DNA of 64,000 nucleotides, from contig CAVOUW010000001.1 of the NCBI GenBank assembly GCA_963699705.1, positions 33,929-97,928 of the forward strand, given 5' to 3'. The first letter of the stretch is position 1. Each line of letters opens with the position of its first letter. Below are positions 62,591 through 64,000 of the stretch, piece after piece. Below the pieces are notes generated by a model, which saw only the letters and a list, made by a program, of their open reading frames with translations, made no database searches and was not told the DNA's origin. The translations under genes and the position numbers were made by a program. This stretch comes from an uncultured delta proteobacterium (GTDB lineage Bacteria > Desulfobacterota > Binatia > Binatales > Binataceae).

Positions 62591-63898
62591 CTAAACCGGG
62601 TGGCGCCCGACCGAGTAATATCGCAGTTCGAGCGCCTTCATCAGATCCGGATCATACAGGTTCCGGCCGTCGAATATCACCGGCTCCTTCAACTCGGCCT
62701 TGATACGCTGAAAGTTGGGATGCCGGAACTCGTTCCACTCGGTCAGAATCAGCAGCGCGTCGGCATCCTTGAGCGCCTCGTAGTTGGTCTTGTGGTAGGT
62801 GACGCGATCGCCAAAAATCTTGCGCGCATTTTCGAGCGCTTCGGGGTCGTGCACGCGACATTTCGCCCCGGCCTGCAGCAGCTCCTCGATCACGACCAGC
62901 GCCGGCGCCTCGCGCATGTCGTCAGTACGCGGCTTGAAGGCAAGGCCCCAAATTGCGAAGGTGCGGCCGTTCAGGTCTTGACCGAAATGCTGCTTGACGC
63001 GCGAGGGAATCAGCCGCTTCTGCCGCGAATTCACCGCTTCCGCCGCCCGCAACAGTGCGAAGTCGAGATTGTGCTCGCTCGCGGTATGAATCACCGCCTG
63101 CACGTCTTTGGGGAAACATGAACCGCCGTACCCCACTCCCGGAAAGAGGAATGATGAGCCAATGCGTTTGTCGGTGCCGAGGCCGCGGCGGACCGCATTG
63201 ATGTCGGCGCCGACTGCATCACACAGCGTCGCCATCTCATTGATAAACGAGATGCGCATCGCGAGCATCGCGTTCGACGCGTACTTGGTCAGCTCCGCCG
63301 AGCGCGGATCCATCACGAGGATCGGATTGTCGGTGCGCACGAACGGGTTGTGAATCTCCTTGAGGATGGCTGTCGCCTGCTCGCTCAGGCTTCCGATCAC
63401 GACGCGATCAGGCCGCATGAAATCCTCGATCGCGGAACCTTCCTTGAGAAATTCCGGCACCGAGCACACGTCCACGCGATGCTTGGCGACGCGGCCGACG
63501 ATCTCACGCACCCGATCGTTAGTGCCAACCGGCACCGTGCTTTTCACGGCGATAATGTGATAGCCGGTGATCGCGTTCGCGATATCCTCGGCGGCTTTAA
63601 AGATTGCCGATAGGTCGGCCGCGCCCGACGCGCTCATCGGAGTCCCGACCGCGATGTACGAGACCATCGATTGCTTGATCGCCTCGCCAATGTCGGTGGT
63701 GAAATGAAGGCGGCCTTCCTTCATATTGCGCCGAACCAGCTCTTCGAGCCCCGGCTCATAGATCGGAATCTTGCCCTCGCAAAGCTGCGCGATTCGTTTC
63801 GTGTCGATGTCGACGCAAAATACTTCGTTGCCGCTTTCGGCATAGCAGGTGCCGCTCACCAGTCCGACGTATCCGCTCCCCACGACTGCGATGTTCAT
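62591..63898 (-). CDS. ugd: UDP-glucose 6-dehydrogenase
   Basis: GSGYVG, KSTVPVG, PEFLKEG, GYGGSCFPKD. Confidence 0.94.
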   Translation of the reverse strand: MNIAVVGSGYVGLVSGTCYAESGNEVFCVDIDTKRIAQLCEGKIPIYEPGLEELVRRNMKEGRLHFTTDIGEAIKQSMVSYIAVGTPMSASGAADLSAIFKAAEDIANAITGYHIIAVKSTVPVGTNDRVREIVGRVAKHRVDVCSVPEFLKEGSAIEDFMRPDRVVIGSLSEQATAILKEIHNPFVRTDNPILVMDPRSAELTKYASNAMLAMRISFINEMATLCDAVGADINAVRRGLGTDKRIGSSFLFPGVGYGGSCFPKDVQAVIHTASEHNLDFALLRAAEAVNSRQKRLIPSRVKQHFGQDLNGRTFAIWGLAFKPRTDDMREAPALVVIEELLQAGAKCRVHDPEALENARKIFGDRVTYHKTNYEALKDADALLILTEWNEFRHPNFQRIKAELKEPVIFDGRNLYDPDLMKALELRYYSVGRHPV

Positions 63899-63909
63899 TC
63901 GATAAGCAC

Positions 63910-64000
63910 CTAGAATTCTTCCCTGATTACGTAGACCGGCTTGCCCTGCGATTCGTGATAGGTCCGCGCGAGCATCTCGCCGAGCAGTCCTATACTCACA
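63910..64000 (-). CDS. GT2 (ArnC-like) glycosyltransferase, C-terminal fragment
   Basis: IGLLGEMLARTYHESQGKPVYVIRE tail; cut by the window end. Confidence 0.7.
   Translation of the reverse strand, partial: VSIGLLGEMLARTYHESQGKPVYVIREEF

Overview
GC-rich bacterial chromosomal core segment. The gene repertoire resembles a deltaproteobacteria-like diderm such as Binatota; this is an impression, not a demonstrated assignment. It holds about 58 CDS (glpX, hisS, aspS, ald, gcvH, valS, nadC, birA, EF-G paralogue, dgt, rlpA, recG, pyrR-pyrB-pyrC-carA-carB, lepA-lepB, ugd), one tRNA-Leu(CAG) and several families of short palindromic REP-like repeats. No transposase, integrase or CRISPR array was seen. 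Several genes, including essential aspS, carry single-base frameshifts that look like sequencing or assembly errors. Highlights: (1) an NtrY-like kinase followed by a receiver domain fused in frame to an intact LpxC, suggesting phosphorylation control of lipid A synthesis; (2) a hidden 79-aa SEC-C zinc-binding protein that is complete only after two +1 shifts at matching TGC-TTT-stop sites; (3) a multidomain aspartate transcarbamoylase (PyrB + PyrI-like Zn domain + Ada-like module + PyrR-like PRTase) under a PyrR-type attenuator; (4) a well-formed dif site at 41462-41489 where dominant gene orientation flips, with a parS-like palindrome about 9 kb away.
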